This document shows, one piece after another, positions 46,086-59,579 of a DNA stretch of 64,000 nt; positions within the stretch are counted from its first letter, which is position 1, and each line of letters starts with the position of its first letter. A program made the translations under genes and the position numbers. The DNA lies in assembly GCA_010093705.1 (NCBI GenBank), contig MU006089.1:229570-293569 (forward strand), written 5' to 3'. A model generated the notes under the pieces. That model had not been told where the DNA came from, did not search any database, and worked only from the letters and a program-made list of their open reading frames with translations. The stretch comes from Patellaria atrata CBS 101060 (taxonomy: Eukaryota).

Positions 46086-47002
46086 ACAACCCCCTTCTCA
46101 CACAGGAAGAATATTACAAAGTACATCAGACCCAATCGTCTGGATATAATCACCTTCCCGTTTTCTTTTCCGTTGGAGAATTTGGTGAAACTTGATTTGA
46201 TTTACGAATCTGCATACGTAGGAGTCATGGTGTTTCAGATTCTGGAAATGATCCGCTACCGTTCTGCGTTGTATTGATGACATGGGCGCGCTTTTCTTTT
46301 TCAACTCTGCGTTTGATTTATTATCTCTGTGGCGCCTGCTGGGATGGGGTCAGGCGTAAAATTGCTACATCTACCACAGCAAGATACCACAGAGCTTTCG
46401 CGACGATTTTCATGACGGGGCGCTAGCATTCTGGCTTTTCTGGGTTCGGTTATGTTAGGATGCGCCCCTATATGGAGCTTTTCGTTTTATGGAGTGGTTA
46501 CTTGCTTCCGTTGTTTTCTCTTCGAGCTTCTAGAAAGCTGATTGTATATTCTTGGTCTGGCTGATTAACTCTCTGGCGTTCAGAAACCTGGTAGGCAGTA
46601 TCAAGGTATGACATGGTTTCGGAATTGCGCTGGCTGTAAGCATGTAAAGGTCACAGAACGGTTGGATGGAGGGGAATGGGGGAAGATTGGGGCTATAGGA
46701 AGTAGACAGACTGAATATGAGACGAATTAACATTTACATTGCGTATAGCGTTTGCCAATAGTCTTTGAATTATCATAAAGTACTACCCGTCTTTCCAATG
46801 TGATACACCAGATATATGGATTCTTGGGTAATTGTTGAGATGGCGCTAATCGGAGCTGGAGCGCCACGCGTACCACTCGTCGTTATGAGTTTCGATATCG
46901 ATTTGCACAACACCACAACCCCGGATTCCTAAGATTCAGTCGCCTTGTACCTCCAGCATGTAGAGTAACCTCACCCCGTACATAACCTGTTGACTGTTCA
47001 AC

Positions 47003-49023
47003 ATGGGTCTCGGTATACTGGAGGATACGAAGCTTCAGCATGTGCCTGGTTCGTCATCTCTATACGATCCTAAAGAATCAACTAACCTCGATGACTTATA
47101 GGCACAGTGCGATTCGGTGAACGGAACACGCAACAAGACGACGTCGTAATCGAAGGTCCAGACCTCAAGTATGATCGCAGCGGCTCTCATGCTATCATCC
47201 TGGTACCCCAGCCCAGCGATAATCCAAATGATCCTCTCGTATGCGCAGAAACTCCCTAATAATAAGGAAGAAGTAAACTAATTGCTCCTTGGATAGAACT
47301 GGCCTCTATGGAAACGGGACCTTATTCTCCTAACTCTCTCCCTTCTAGCCGTCATTGCGTCTACCCTCTCCCCGATCCTTGCAGCGAATACCTTTACTCT
47401 GTCCCTCTATTTCCATCGAACTTTCACAGATATGGCACTCTTGACTGGCTGGCACCTCCTAGCTGTCGGTATCGCAGGCTTTATCTTCGTACCTTCCGCC
47501 CGTGTCTGGGGAAAACGACATTGCTATATTATCGGTACGGTGGTCTTGATATTCAGTAGCGCATGGGGTGGGGCCAGCGGTACGAACTACAAGAGTCTCC
47601 TCGGAGCACGCATATTTCAGGGTATTGGATTAGCCCCGTTTGAGGCGCTGGTGAATGCCAGTGTTGGAGATCTGTACTTCGTGCACCAGAGGGGGAAGAG
47701 AATGGCTTTGACAAATCTGGCACTGTTTGGGGGCGCTTTCTTCACACCAGTGCTAGTAGGGAAGATCACGGATACAATTGGTTGGGAATGGACCTTTTAC
47801 TTCGTCGCAATCTTCTCAGCAGCTTTTTTGCCAGTTGTGCTGCTCTTCGTACCTGAGACGGCTTTCAGGAGGGACTCGAAGCTGAACACAGATATCGCCA
47901 CGACGGACGACGGAGGTTTCAGAGGCCACGAATTAACATCTACAAATCTAGAAAATCGAACGACAGCGACTTCCAAAGAACCCATCTCCCACAGCCAAAA
48001 CGGGTCCAGCGACGAGCACAGACTCCACACGACCCCTCCCCCTCCCATCTCTCACTCAAGGCTAAAACCTACGCTGAAAGTCCGCCTCTCCCCCTTCAAT
48101 GGCCGCAAAGCCGACGAACCGTACTGGAAGCTCCTCCTGCGCCCGTTCCCGCTCTTCTTCCACCCTAGCATCCTCTGGGCCTGTCTCATCCAAGGCACGC
48201 TCATCGGCTGGACGGTCATGATCGGCATCGTGCTCGCCGCCATCGTCATCGCCCCCCCTCTCTTCTTCTCCGAAGTCGAGACCGGATACTTGTACGCGGG
48301 TGCCTTCATCGGAGCACTCGTCGGCTTCGCGATAGCTGGAATTTCCGCCGATTGGATCGCGGTACGATGCACGCGGTGGAACGGTGGGATTTACGAACCC
48401 GAGTTCAGGATGTGGCTCGTCCTCCCGCAACTTGTGTTGGGTTGTGCAGGGTTGTATGGGTTTGGGATCACCAGCGATAAGACGGGTAAATATGGATGGA
48501 TATGGCCGGATTTCTTTTTCGGGATGGAGGTCGCCGGGATGGTTGTGGGTGCGGTGGCGAGTGCGTTGTATATTGTTGATGCGCATCGTGAGTATTCTTT
48601 TTCCACCTTTAACCCCTTTTTGCTTATCTCCTGTTCAACCCCTTTTATCCCTCGGAATGAGATGATCAGTTAAGGTGGTTTGAAGAGTTATGCTAACGAT
48701 GTGATATAGGCGATATCGCCGTCGAAGCATTTACCTGCCTCATCGTATTCAAAAACATCTTCTCCTTTGGTCTAACTTGGAGCGCGTACGACTGGCTTAT
48801 CGAAACCGGCATAAGGAAGCCATTCATCGCCGTTGCGAGCGTCCAGGTCGCCATCTGCTGCTTGACCATCCCAATGTGTGAGTTCGATATTCCTTTCCCT
48901 AAATTCTTCAGGACACCTTGGCATTTACTGATCCTTTTTTTTTTTCCTCTAGATATATTTGGGAAGAAGAACAGGAGCTTTTTCGCGCGCCATGACATCT
49001 TCAAGACTTTGGGGTTGCGGTAG
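47003..49023 (+). CDS. MFS transporter (Hol1-like), 4 introns
   Basis: MGLGILED...PGTV; LVPQPSDNPNDPLNWP; WGKR; ARIFQG; VGDLYFVHQRG; FVPET; YEPEFR; multiple TM helices; ends YIFGKKNRSFF. Confidence 0.92.
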
Positions 49024-49377
49024 GGGTTATAAAAGCTATGATGCATTGGTTTTGCGTTGTACGCGATATACTTGGAAGATATGTAATGATAATTGTATCG
49101 ATTCATAATACTTAATACCCAAATTCATGTCCTGCAGTACTATCCGTACAAGATTGATTCTGCTCCAAGTTTACAGTCTCCGATACTATGTTTTCGCTTA
49201 CTCCACTCGACGCTTTTGCTGGTTGTACACGATACGGGGTAAAAAAAACTTCTCGGTAGCAAAAAGGTATAAAATATATAGAAAAAAAAAAGTTGGAGAA
49301 ATAGGAGCTATTCCCGGTCATATCCCGTTACCGTTCATTTAATACTTTACATAAGCAGCAATTTCACCTTTTTAGAC

Positions 49378-50640
49378 TTACAGTTCCATAGTTCCTTCCT
49401 CTATTCCGGCAACTATATCCTGTTCAACTTGTCCTTCCTTTCCGCCACCTCCCCTCCACCAATCCCAAGGATCGCCTCCTGGGATGCACAACCCAAGCCG
49501 CCAGAAGTAATCACGGTGCGCAAAGAAAAGCTGCCAGAGCTTATACCGCGTGGGAATCGGGATTCCACCAGTCGTATCTCCGTTGGCGATGCATGTCGGG
49601 TCCTCGTCACCGTCACAGACGTGAATGTCTTCGCGTTCCGGGGGGAGTGGGGATTTGGTGATATATATCTCGCCGGCATGCATGCGATAACCCCACTCCG
49701 AGAGTGGAAGCATCGGTACTGGGTCTGCGTTGTGGGTCACACGGCGGTACTTTAGATCTTGCGGTGCGGTGGAGGTGCTATTTGTGAGGTTGAAGCGCGC
49801 GTCAACGTACTGCGTGAAGGCGAGGTTACCGACACGGGGTTCACCGAAGGTGGTGATCTTCGGGTCAAAGCCACGCGCAAGGAGGTCCAAAGCTGCGAGA
49901 GAGGCAACGGCACCACCAAGACTGTGACCTACAAGGATCAGGTTGTAGGTTGGATGGGACATGAGCGTGGAGAGTAGGATAGGAAGGATTTCAGCTCGAG
50001 TGTTTAGCCAGGAGGTGTGGAAACCGGTATGGACTGTGCAATTGGTGCATTTAGAGGGTTGGGAAGGCGGATTTGTAATGGAGTCTGCGTTAGAGGACGG
50101 CGCATCGTCATCTTCATCGCCTGGATAAGGGACATATTCCTGAGGGACGGTAGAGAGGTCTGCGATAGTATTCGCAAGGGAGTAGGTTCCGCGGAAGGCG
50201 ACGATGACGCGAGGTGAAGAGGGTGAATGAGAGAGGGCAATGTAGCCGCACGAGTCTGATAAAAATGGGCCAGTGTTCCAGGCCTTAGTCATCTCTGTTA
50301 GTCTCGTTGCTATCTCTATCATGTTCATCACATTCTTCATTCTCCCTCTGGAGATACGCACCTTTACCAGCTCGAAATGCTCGAATTCATCGCAGCGGTT
50401 GGCGCACTCGAAAGGTTTCGAGATGCCTGTTCCGGTGACCCCTATACAGTAGGCTATGTCAACGATTCTTGCAAGCTCTTCCAGCTCATTAAAGAACTCG
50501 ACGGAGATTGTATCGGTAATGTTTCCGTTCCCGGTGGTGATATGAGACGGAAGCGGGCCTTGTTCTTGGTCTCTCGGCAAACCGACGGCAACGCTTCCCA
50601 GAGACAAGAAGATAGAGATAAGTAGTAAGAGGTAACGCAT
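49378..50640 (-). CDS. Secreted class-3 lipase (alpha/beta hydrolase); in-frame intron 50284-50361
   Basis: Signal peptide from MRYLLLL (ATG 50640); IVAFRGT; VHTGF; GHSLGG nucleophile elbow; TFGEPRVGN; RVTHNADPVPMLP; HRDYF. Confidence 0.93.
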   Translation of the reverse strand: MRYLLLLISIFLSLGSVAVGLPRDQEQGPLPSHITTGNGNITDTISVEFFNELEELARIVDIAYCIGVTGTGISKPFECANRCDEFEHFELVKVRISRGRMKNVMNMIEIATRLTEMTKAWNTGPFLSDSCGYIALSHSPSSPRVIVAFRGTYSLANTIADLSTVPQEYVPYPGDEDDDAPSSNADSITNPPSQPSKCTNCTVHTGFHTSWLNTRAEILPILLSTLMSHPTYNLILVGHSLGGAVASLAALDLLARGFDPKITTFGEPRVGNLAFTQYVDARFNLTNSTSTAPQDLKYRRVTHNADPVPMLPLSEWGYRMHAGEIYITKSPLPPEREDIHVCDGDEDPTCIANGDTTGGIPIPTRYKLWQLFFAHRDYFWRLGLCIPGGDPWDWWRGGGGKEGQVEQDIVAGIEEGTMEL

Positions 50641-51026
50641 AGCTAGCGACCTATGGGATCGGGCGGTATTACATTCTTCTATTTGAGAGATGCTGCTCTG
50701 TTCGAAAAAGGATGATTTGTGATGAATTCGATATTCAGGTGCAGGGTGGTATTCAGGCTTTGGTGGAGACTTGGCCCCTTGTTCCTCTCTTGGCATTCCG
50801 AACGTCATAGACTAGGGGAACGCTGAGTCTGACAGATTCCGTCAAAACCCGCCCGTCTGCTCCTTCCCATTCTCCATTTCACGCCTTCTCACCTGAGTGA
50901 TCCGATCATCAGACTATTACACTTTTATTATTAAGATATGCACCTCTAAGGGGAGAATTCGACCTCTTCAACACCATAAATCGTACAATCTTTGCTTCCC
51001 TTTATCCCCTTATTCACCAGCAAAGA

Positions 51027-52348
51027 ATGACGCAGGACCGGGCAAACACAAGCGGCACTGAAGCTCCACGACCGGTGGAAGGCCAGAGCAATGTACCCGA
51101 TCAATATGCAGAGAAGGTGCAAACAGAAGACCACCTACCTAAGGGTACTACTCAACCAGTAACGACCACTGCAACGAACGATACCCATTTACAAATCCCC
51201 AATGAATCCTCTCATGCACTTGGGCCGACAGCAACGAGTGCTCCATCCACTCGACCACCCTCTATCAATGCCATGTATCCACCTACCCAAGTCGTTTACA
51301 CCGACTTGGATTTAAGCATACCTCCTCCTCTAAACTATAGCCTACGTCCTCGCAAGAAATACATATTTTGGTTCTGGTTCCTTGTCGTCTTAGATGTTGT
51401 TTGCATGCCAATTGCGCTATATTTTGGTCTTTGGTATGGGACCAGTTTATCACCAAATGCCGGTGAGTATAACTATCATTTATATTGTCGCGACGTAATT
51501 GACGTCTTCTAGTCTTCAGTATAAGTACAGCACTACTGGGAACAGTATCGATTGTGGAGTATTTTTTGCGCTTCTATCGCTTATGGAAGAAAGGCTCTAC
51601 ATGTCGAGTTATCGGGGCCAAAAGGTTCTATGTAAGTTCTTATAGCTCTCTGGTTTTGCAAACGCGCTGACTTTGACCCAGCTCGATTTCTTCCACTGGA
51701 ACTTGTCGATTGCTTGGATTGCGGTAATGATAGAACTCATTGTGTGCGTCATGCATCTTCATTCACCGGTCTAATTGTTATTTGCTAACCCAACACAGTG
51801 GTACCGTTCAAGAAAACCCACCCATTCGTTTACTCGCAATGCCCGTATCCAGCATGATATTTGGCATAGCAGTGCAGTTCCTTCTGATTGATATTTTGCG
51901 CCTCGCCGGTGTTAAAGCACCGGTCCGTGTTTCATCCTTACCTCGTGGCGTCCCTCTTCGACCTGGGATCTATTCGATCATTGAGGATATCGTCGCTGTC
52001 GATGGGTCCGGTGGTACGGAGTTTAGGCAGCGACTAAATTTACGTTATCAGGCTAGCCATTTGTTCAGGCAAATGTTGCATAGACTCACACTCTTTTGGG
52101 CTTTTGGCGCATTCGGTGTTGCTTCAGCTACGACAGCCATCATCTTCACCATTGATGGAGATATAGCTTATATCGTAAGTTCCCGTTCGTGTGACATCCT
52201 TTGACGCCCTGCTAACCAGGCGGCATAGTTGGGCTGGGTAATTCCTTTTATCTGGGCTGGTATATGGTCCTGGATAACGATCATATGGGTCCAGAGAGAC
52301 CTTGAGAAAGAGAGACGTGAATGGCCAAAGGAGCAGGCAAACCCTTGA
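51027..52348 (+). CDS. Multi-pass membrane protein of unknown function; 4 introns
   Basis: The exons join via GT-AG introns into PPLNYSLR...MPIALYFGLWY...LDFFHWN...PPIRLLAMP...IIEDIVAVDGSGG...LGWVIPFIWAG, with several TM helices. Confidence 0.85.
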
Positions 52349-53304
52349 TAGGGTTATTGTGAGACATTTTTTTACATGCATTGTAGGGCGTCCAGGTCGG
52401 TAATAAAGCTCAGACACTGCAGCGTACTTTCCTTTTTCAATTTGATACCAGATATTTCCTGTCGGAAGCATGGAGAATCATAATTCCTCCCAAGAAATGA
52501 TTGTCTCAGGAGCTAGGCTATGACGTCCACTACGCCCGGTGTGCACACGGTAGTTACCGGATTCTCCCGCTGCGAACTACTCTCCCGTACTTGCTTAATC
52601 TCTTGCGTCAACAGGCAGAAGGATGTATGCAATCGAGCTAAAATCGCTCTGTTCACCGTCCTCTGACCGGCGATAGACTACCGTATCAGGCCGAGGGAGG
52701 TTTGACAAGCCGTGTCTCGCGGGCAGTGATGCAGTACGTCCGTAGGGAAGGCTTGTCCTCGTACAAAAGTATTGTGTCCTATGATGGTATCTTGCTGATG
52801 TATTATTTAAGAAAAATCTCATGAACAATAGCAGAGTGAACTGGCTTATAGTGGATATTAACTTTGAAATATTTGTAGTGCTAAATACTTCTGAACTATC
52901 TATAAGATGATTCACCGGATTTCTCATCTAAGGCAGAGTTGGGTAATCAGTAGACGTCTCAGCCTTATGGTAGTTTTACAGTACAGAATGCTCCGCCTCG
53001 CCTCACTTTTCATTCGTCCAATCACGACCAAAAAGTGGACACCCTCCCCGTATAGTCGGTCAGCTAACTTAGAATAGATCGACTTGTCGGAACTGGGAAG
53101 ATCCCATGGCGTGTTGTTGGACTACCTAATTCGGTTGCAGATCTAGGTTCACCAACTATGTTGATATCAAAGCCTTTAGCCTACCTTTACATACCATGCC
53201 CGACATAAGAAGGGCAACATCTCAGGTCTCCAGGCGTCTGATTGCATTCCTCAGCCTATCATGATACCATTTTACACGGCTAACTAGTTCTCCCGGAAGA
53301 AACT

Positions 53305-55503
53305 ATGGCTGAAATCGCTCCTATTCTGCGTGTCATCGAATGGGGCACCAAACTCTCCTTGAACTTGTACGGCTTCAGCACTTCTCTACCAATCCTTGAA
53401 GAGGCGCGAGATATTATCGGTTTGGCAAAGGAGGTCGTCGCATTCGATGTCGTTCTCAAACAGGTTATTGTGACATATAAGGAGAAAGATTCTATACCGT
53501 CCGAAGAAGCTTATACGGTTATCAAAGACATCCTCAAACAATGTCAAGATATATTCAGAGAAATTGAGGAACTTGTTCCGCCGGGGAAATCGAAAGATGA
53601 TCAGGTATCCAGTAGTCCTTTTACCCCAGTTCAGGAATGGATCTGGACGGCATCTTCCACGATCAAGGGACAGTGTCTATCCACAAGTCTGGCAGCCCTG
53701 AAAGCTACACTCTCCGTGATGCTGCAATCTTTCTATACTGTGAGGGTAATACGTGCATTCCGGTAAAGCTCTTTCTATATTCTCGCTTGTATCTGAATGA
53801 CTAATTCTGGTGAAGAGACCAACAGATATCGTCTAACGGAACTCAGTTCAATGTTGAGACCGAGCGGGAACAACTAGAAGCGCTGATTATAGATCAACAA
53901 ATGATCATCTTGAAGGTATATGAGATATACAACGGTACCCACAGTTTGGAAAACATGAATTGCGAACATCTTAGACCTACCGCGAACATGTCTCTTGCGA
54001 GAAGAGGCGATCAAGCATGCAGACTTTTCGTTCTGAAGCAGTTTCAAGAACGCTCACTGGTAAACCTTTATCCAATTCCACCGGAAAACGAACGCTTGGC
54101 TCTCGTTCGAGGCTTAGCGGTCCCACATATAGAAGATATTCTTGCTAAGTGGACCAGACTGCCTGAAATAGAGGCGGACTTCCGAAAGTTCCAAGCTGGC
54201 TACGAATCATCGGAGCGTGAAGAAATGACTGAATTTCGGAAGCGTCAGCAACCACAAGTGGAATCTGTAATCAGTGAGCAAGACGCTCAGTACCTGAAGG
54301 ACTCTAACGATAGAATGACGAGTGGTACTTTTCAATCCCCTATGCTACAACGCCCGATCTTTACCAATCCCATCTTTAATGGCCATAGTTCAGTGCCTGT
54401 GAATATTCCTCTGAGGAACCCAGATCACAGTCACCCTTTGACCCCAGAATCCTCTAACGCTATATTGTCGCCGAAGAAGCCGGCGAATCATGTTACACCA
54501 TCATTATCAGTGAACTCAGGGGTTCTGGGGTTCATACAGACTACACCACTTCCAGATTCTCCGCGGTCTAGCATCTCTAGTACAGTTCACACGCAAGCCG
54601 CCGCAGTAGCTAAGCTCGATGTTCTCGAGCACCATGACCATGATCTTGGTATACCTTGGCGTATTTGCCTCCCTGAACAATATTGGAGTTTCATTGATGG
54701 ACGACAGGTAGAAGGCAACACTCGGATACCATTAGAGCATTTACGCAATAATAGGTCGGCTTGGACGGAGATAACCGCTGCTTGGGTCTGCAAACCTGCT
54801 CTTGAGGCAGGGCGATATGACTTCCAGAGCATTCAAAAGGAAGTCCGACATGGAAAGAATGAAAGTAATACAAGACTTGAGCCCTGTTGGACTATCTCAA
54901 GAGCATTAACATATGTGAGTTGCTTGCCCCTAGAATCGGGTTGAAAATGAATGACTGACATAATCATAGGTCGAAGTCAAGGAACTTGTCGAACACACCA
55001 TTCAGATCTTCCGCGACCGCGAAAATCGCAAACGTGTCTCCCTCAACCCCTATCCTCAAGTCCGAACCACGAGGAGTATTGACCGGTCACTCAACTTACC
55101 GCGAACACCAACCTCCCCGAGCTACAATTACCAAGAATTCGCATCTTCTCCCCGGCAGCAATACCAGCAGCCATCTCAACTTATCCAGCCCCAACAGGCC
55201 CCTCCTCTTAGTTCACGAGACTGGCAGTATCACTCTCAGTACCAACAACCGCCCAACACTGCTCCGCGACTGCACCGGGCCGAAACCGCTCCAGCTCCAA
55301 GACGCCAGTCGGATGATCGCTATGGATACGAATCCGATTCGTCAGACCCAGATGATAGAGTTCGCTCGAGGCGAACATCATCTGGGAGCGGAAGTACAAG
55401 ATATTCAAAGAGTGATAGAAGAGGGAGTAAGACTCTTGGTACCATGGCCAGATATGGAGGTGCCGGAGTATTATTAGAGAAGTTAGTAGATGTTTTAACC
55501 TAA
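53305..55503 (+). CDS. Hypothetical protein with an N-terminal amphipathic helical domain resembling fungal STAND N-terminal/HeLo-like domains; 2 introns
   Basis: N-terminus MAEIAPILRVIEWGTKLSLNLYGF...ARDIIGLAKEV...QCQDIFREIEEL...LKATLSVML. C-terminal WTEITAAWVCKPALEAGRYDF domain, then an Arg/Ser-rich tail. Introns near 53763-53816 and 54915-54969. Confidence 0.7.
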
Positions 55504-56620
55504 TTTGTTAGTCTTATTATACGAAAAGAAGGTGTCCTTTGGATGGGTCAATAGACATTTAGGTTCTCTCTGGGGCGTTCTGGTGATACCGTAAGCGATG
55601 ACTGAATGATATACGAGGGTGATGAGATAATATTTGTAATCTGTTCTGCAAATTCGACTTTCATGACCCTGCTTTATATTTTGACCTTTTCTTGTTTGTC
55701 TTGTTACTCACTAATTGTGATGCTCAACATCAGCTCTTACCCAAGCCATTATGTGGCCGTACATTCACACAAAATATGGTTTCCGACTTTGCCATACAAG
55801 CTAACTGAAATCCCATAATAGGAACACCTAGAAGCTGGACCTAACATCTTAGGGGAAGGGAAATAGGAATGAAAGAAACTCAACTAGTTGCAGGTAGTTA
55901 ATATCATCTCCTATCGGGCAATTCCTATCTACTATGCCCATGTAAATCCCGTTTCAAACTTCGCCGTAAACATCATGTGAACCCCGTTCCGAGCCGAAGT
56001 TGGTAGACGGTCGGTAACGCGTACGGCAAGTCGGGTGTACTGCACAGTACAAGAACCGAGGGACGCGAAACCAACAGAAAAATAGATACCGGGAGATAAT
56101 AATAGACGTAGAAGTTGCGACGGGTCTTATATATCTTCACGTCGTTCCATTCTGATATACGGTAGACTCATCCCTAAGGGTGATTCCGACTTCTCCGTCA
56201 CGTTCGTATACATCGTAGACGTTTCGTATACAGTAGAGTTGAGGATGTCCTAGTATGGCCATAGCGTCCAGAATTGCCAACAGATACCAGGTAAGTGCTA
56301 AACTACCTTTCAGGTGTTTTTTGGATCGTTGTAAAAATAAGCGGTGAATTTGTAGCAACAACCTTGAAATTCTAGTAATCTGGTTAGAAACCGTTAGGTG
56401 GTCCATGTGTCCACGTTGTCTTGACGATCACGGAGTAGCGCACTCTTAGCGTGGAAATTTATTCCTGTCTGCTATCTCGCGTGTCTCGCTTACTTCCGAT
56501 AAGGAAAATCTCATGCAGTACATCGTCATTCCTTCGCGCACTCCAAACCCCTTTCTTCGAAATTTTTACCTTCTTTCTATCATATATACAACTTCTCATC
56601 GCGTAGGTCCGTAAACAAAA

Positions 56621-59579
56621 ATGTCAGACGTGAGACTCCCAAGCGGCGCTCTGACGAGGACTACCGAGCAATTTGATCTCACAAATGACGATTTTGAAAC
56701 GGATTCGCGCGCCTTCAAAGCTCCAAGATTAGACAATCGTGTTCCATCATCTTCAAGAGATATCGCTATTGCAAATAACGGTGCAAACGGCACTGAGGAA
56801 GACTATGATGAAGTGGTTAATTTACCAGATGCGTCTCAAAATGTCGACGATACATGTTCGAGATGTATGGGTCCCTCCCTAAGAAAATCGTAGGTGTGCA
56901 CTGTTACAAGAGTCACGCGACAGTTGGCGAAATGGTCATGCTCAGTCGGGAGCCTCACAATCGATACGACTCGAATGCGATCCAAGTCCAGAATGTACGG
57001 CGCGAGCAGGTTGGCCATATCCCTAGGGATGTGGCCACGAGACTAGCGAAGTATATGGATAGGAATGAGCTCCTCGTCGAAAGGTGTATTACGGGCGAGA
57101 TGGGGCATTTTGAATGCTCTATAATGTTGAAGCTCTTTGGGCCGAATGATCCCATTGTACGCGCAGAGTTGAAATCTAGAATGCAAGCTGATAGGCTTCC
57201 GTTGAACGATCTGAACAATAGAATTAGAGATGAGGCAGAGAGGGAGAAGGAGAGATTGAAACAGCTAGCCGCTATTCAAAAGAACCGTACTATGGCTGGG
57301 AATGGCGGTAGACAGTTCGCCGCGAATCCGGACTCTCAATATGCCCCAGGTATCAGCCATGACCCTTCCGTCAATGACTTCTTACCGTCTAATCACTTAA
57401 TAGGATCTTCGCAAGGTTTGGGATCCGTCCAGAATCTGGACAACATCATCCAAGGAGTGAGCGTTTCAACCCTAGGAACGTTGACCAAGTCATTGAGAAG
57501 TTCGGTAACGGTGAGGATATTCTAGTAAGTCGACCTGCCAACTCTTTCCGTGTGCTCACTCTAACCTTTAAATAGTCAAAGTTACCGATGGCTAATCAAC
57601 CTGAAGCCACTGAGGCCGAACTCTACCCTTTCCAAAGACAGGTAAGCCCAGTGTCTCCAGAGCTGTTAAGTATTCATGTATCTGATTTCTTTTTAGGGTT
57701 TACAGTGGATGCTTGATCGAGAAAACCCGCAGCTTCCAGCAACATCGAAAGACACGGTCCAACTGTGGACTAAATCAGCCCGTGACTCAAGTATTTACAT
57801 TAATATTGCAACTAAATTTCCTCTCCCAGGTACAAACCCGTACTCGCAAGTGGTGGTATTCTTGTTGATGATATGGGTTTGGGAAAAACAGTCCAAATGA
57901 TCTCACTAATTATGGCCGATAGGGCTATTGGTCCTAAAGTAGTCACCGACGTGTCTAACGCCACTCTGATACTTGCTCCATTGAGCGTTATGAGTAATTG
58001 GAGCTCTCAGATCGCCCGCCATGTTAAATCTTCACATGCGCTCCGTGTACTAATGTATCATGATACGAAGAAGCAGACCCTGGACTTGAAGAAAATCAAG
58101 AACTTTGATGTTATCATAACAACGTACGAGAGTGTGGCTTCCGAATATTGGAACAAGGGTGCCCACAATAAAATCCCTACTAAGACTGGTGTGTTCTCCA
58201 TCAAATGGCGCCGACTAGTGCTAGATGACGGTCACAACATCCGAAGCCCTCAGGCTAAGAAGGCTATTGCCGCCTCCAGCTTGTTGGCACATTCAAGATG
58301 GTTGCTAACTGGAACACCTATCATCAATTCTCTTAAAGACTTGTTTTCCCTCGTCAAGTTCCTGAGACTTTCGGGCGGTCTGGAGGGATTCGACCTGTTC
58401 AAGACTGCTTTGATGAGACCTGTTAATCAAGGAGATGAGAGGGGTAATAAACTTCTCCAGTTACTTATGGGAAGTATCTGCCTTCGACGCAAGAAGGATA
58501 TGAAGTTTATCGACTTGCGACTCTCGGAGATATCCGAGTACCTACATAAGATCAACTTCCTACCCCACGAACAGGAGAAATACAAAGGCCTCGAAGCCGA
58601 AGCCAAGGGAACCTTAGCCACTTACCAGAGAGGAGAAGGCGAAGACAGCACTTTTACCCATCTTCTCGATATCTTGCTCCGTATGCGTCAAGTCTGTAAT
58701 CATTGGAAGCTATGTGGCGAAAAGCGTATTGCAGACCTTATGTCTCTTCTCAAAAAGCAGCAGACAGTAGGCCTTACGCCTGAGAACATTGTCGCTTTGC
58801 AAGATATGCTTACACTGAGCATCGAGTCTCAAGACGACTGTCCGGTCTGCTTAGATCCACTCAAAGAACCTGTAATCACATGTTGCGCCCATGTCTTCTG
58901 TGCACCTTGTTTGGAGGGGGTCATAGAGACCCAGCACAAGTGTCCCATGTGCCGTGCTGAGCTTCCAGCCTTTTTCACACATACCGTCAAACCGCGCCCC
59001 GAGTGCCCGGAGCAAGAAGAAGAAACATCAGATATCGACACGGAAACATCGAGTAGCAAAGTCGAAGCCTTGATGTCTGTCCTCAAGGCTTCGCAGGACA
59101 ATAAAGGTACAAAGACGGTGGTGTTTTCCCAATGGACGAAATTCCTCAACATGGTCGAACCTCACCTCACCGACGCCGGCATCATCTTCACCAGAATCGA
59201 TGGTACGATGCCACCAGTGGCACGTGACTCTGCTATAAATTCTCTCGAAACCGACGAGAAGTGTACTGTGATGCTTGCGAGCTTGAGCGTTTGCTCCGTC
59301 GGCCTAAATCTGATCGCGGCGAACCAGGTCGTGCTGGCCGATAGTTGGTGGGCACCGGCTATCGAGGACCAGGCCGTGGACAGGGTGCACAGACTCGGAC
59401 AGAAGAGGGAGTGCAGGGTTTTTAGGCTGGTGGTAGAGGGGAGCATAGAGGAGAAGGTGCTCCAAATCCAGGAGGATAAGAGGAAGCTAATGGCTTTGGC
59501 TTTTTCGGAAAAGGAGGAGAGCAGGAAGAAGGGGAAGACGGCTAGGTTGGCGGACGTCCAGAGGTTCTTGGCAAGGTAA
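56621..59579 (+). pseudogene. Rad5/HLTF-like HIRAN + SNF2 + RING helicase/E3 ligase, disrupted by three frameshifts
   Basis: HIRAN (REPHNRYDSNAIQV...QVGHIPR); GGIL.DDMGLGKT; LTGTPIIN; C3HC4 RING CPVCLD...CAHVFC..C...CPMCR; VVFSQW; QAVDRVHRLGQ. Frame changes near 56850, 57455 and 57838 have no intron signals. Walker B reads DDGH instead of DEGH. Confidence 0.8.
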
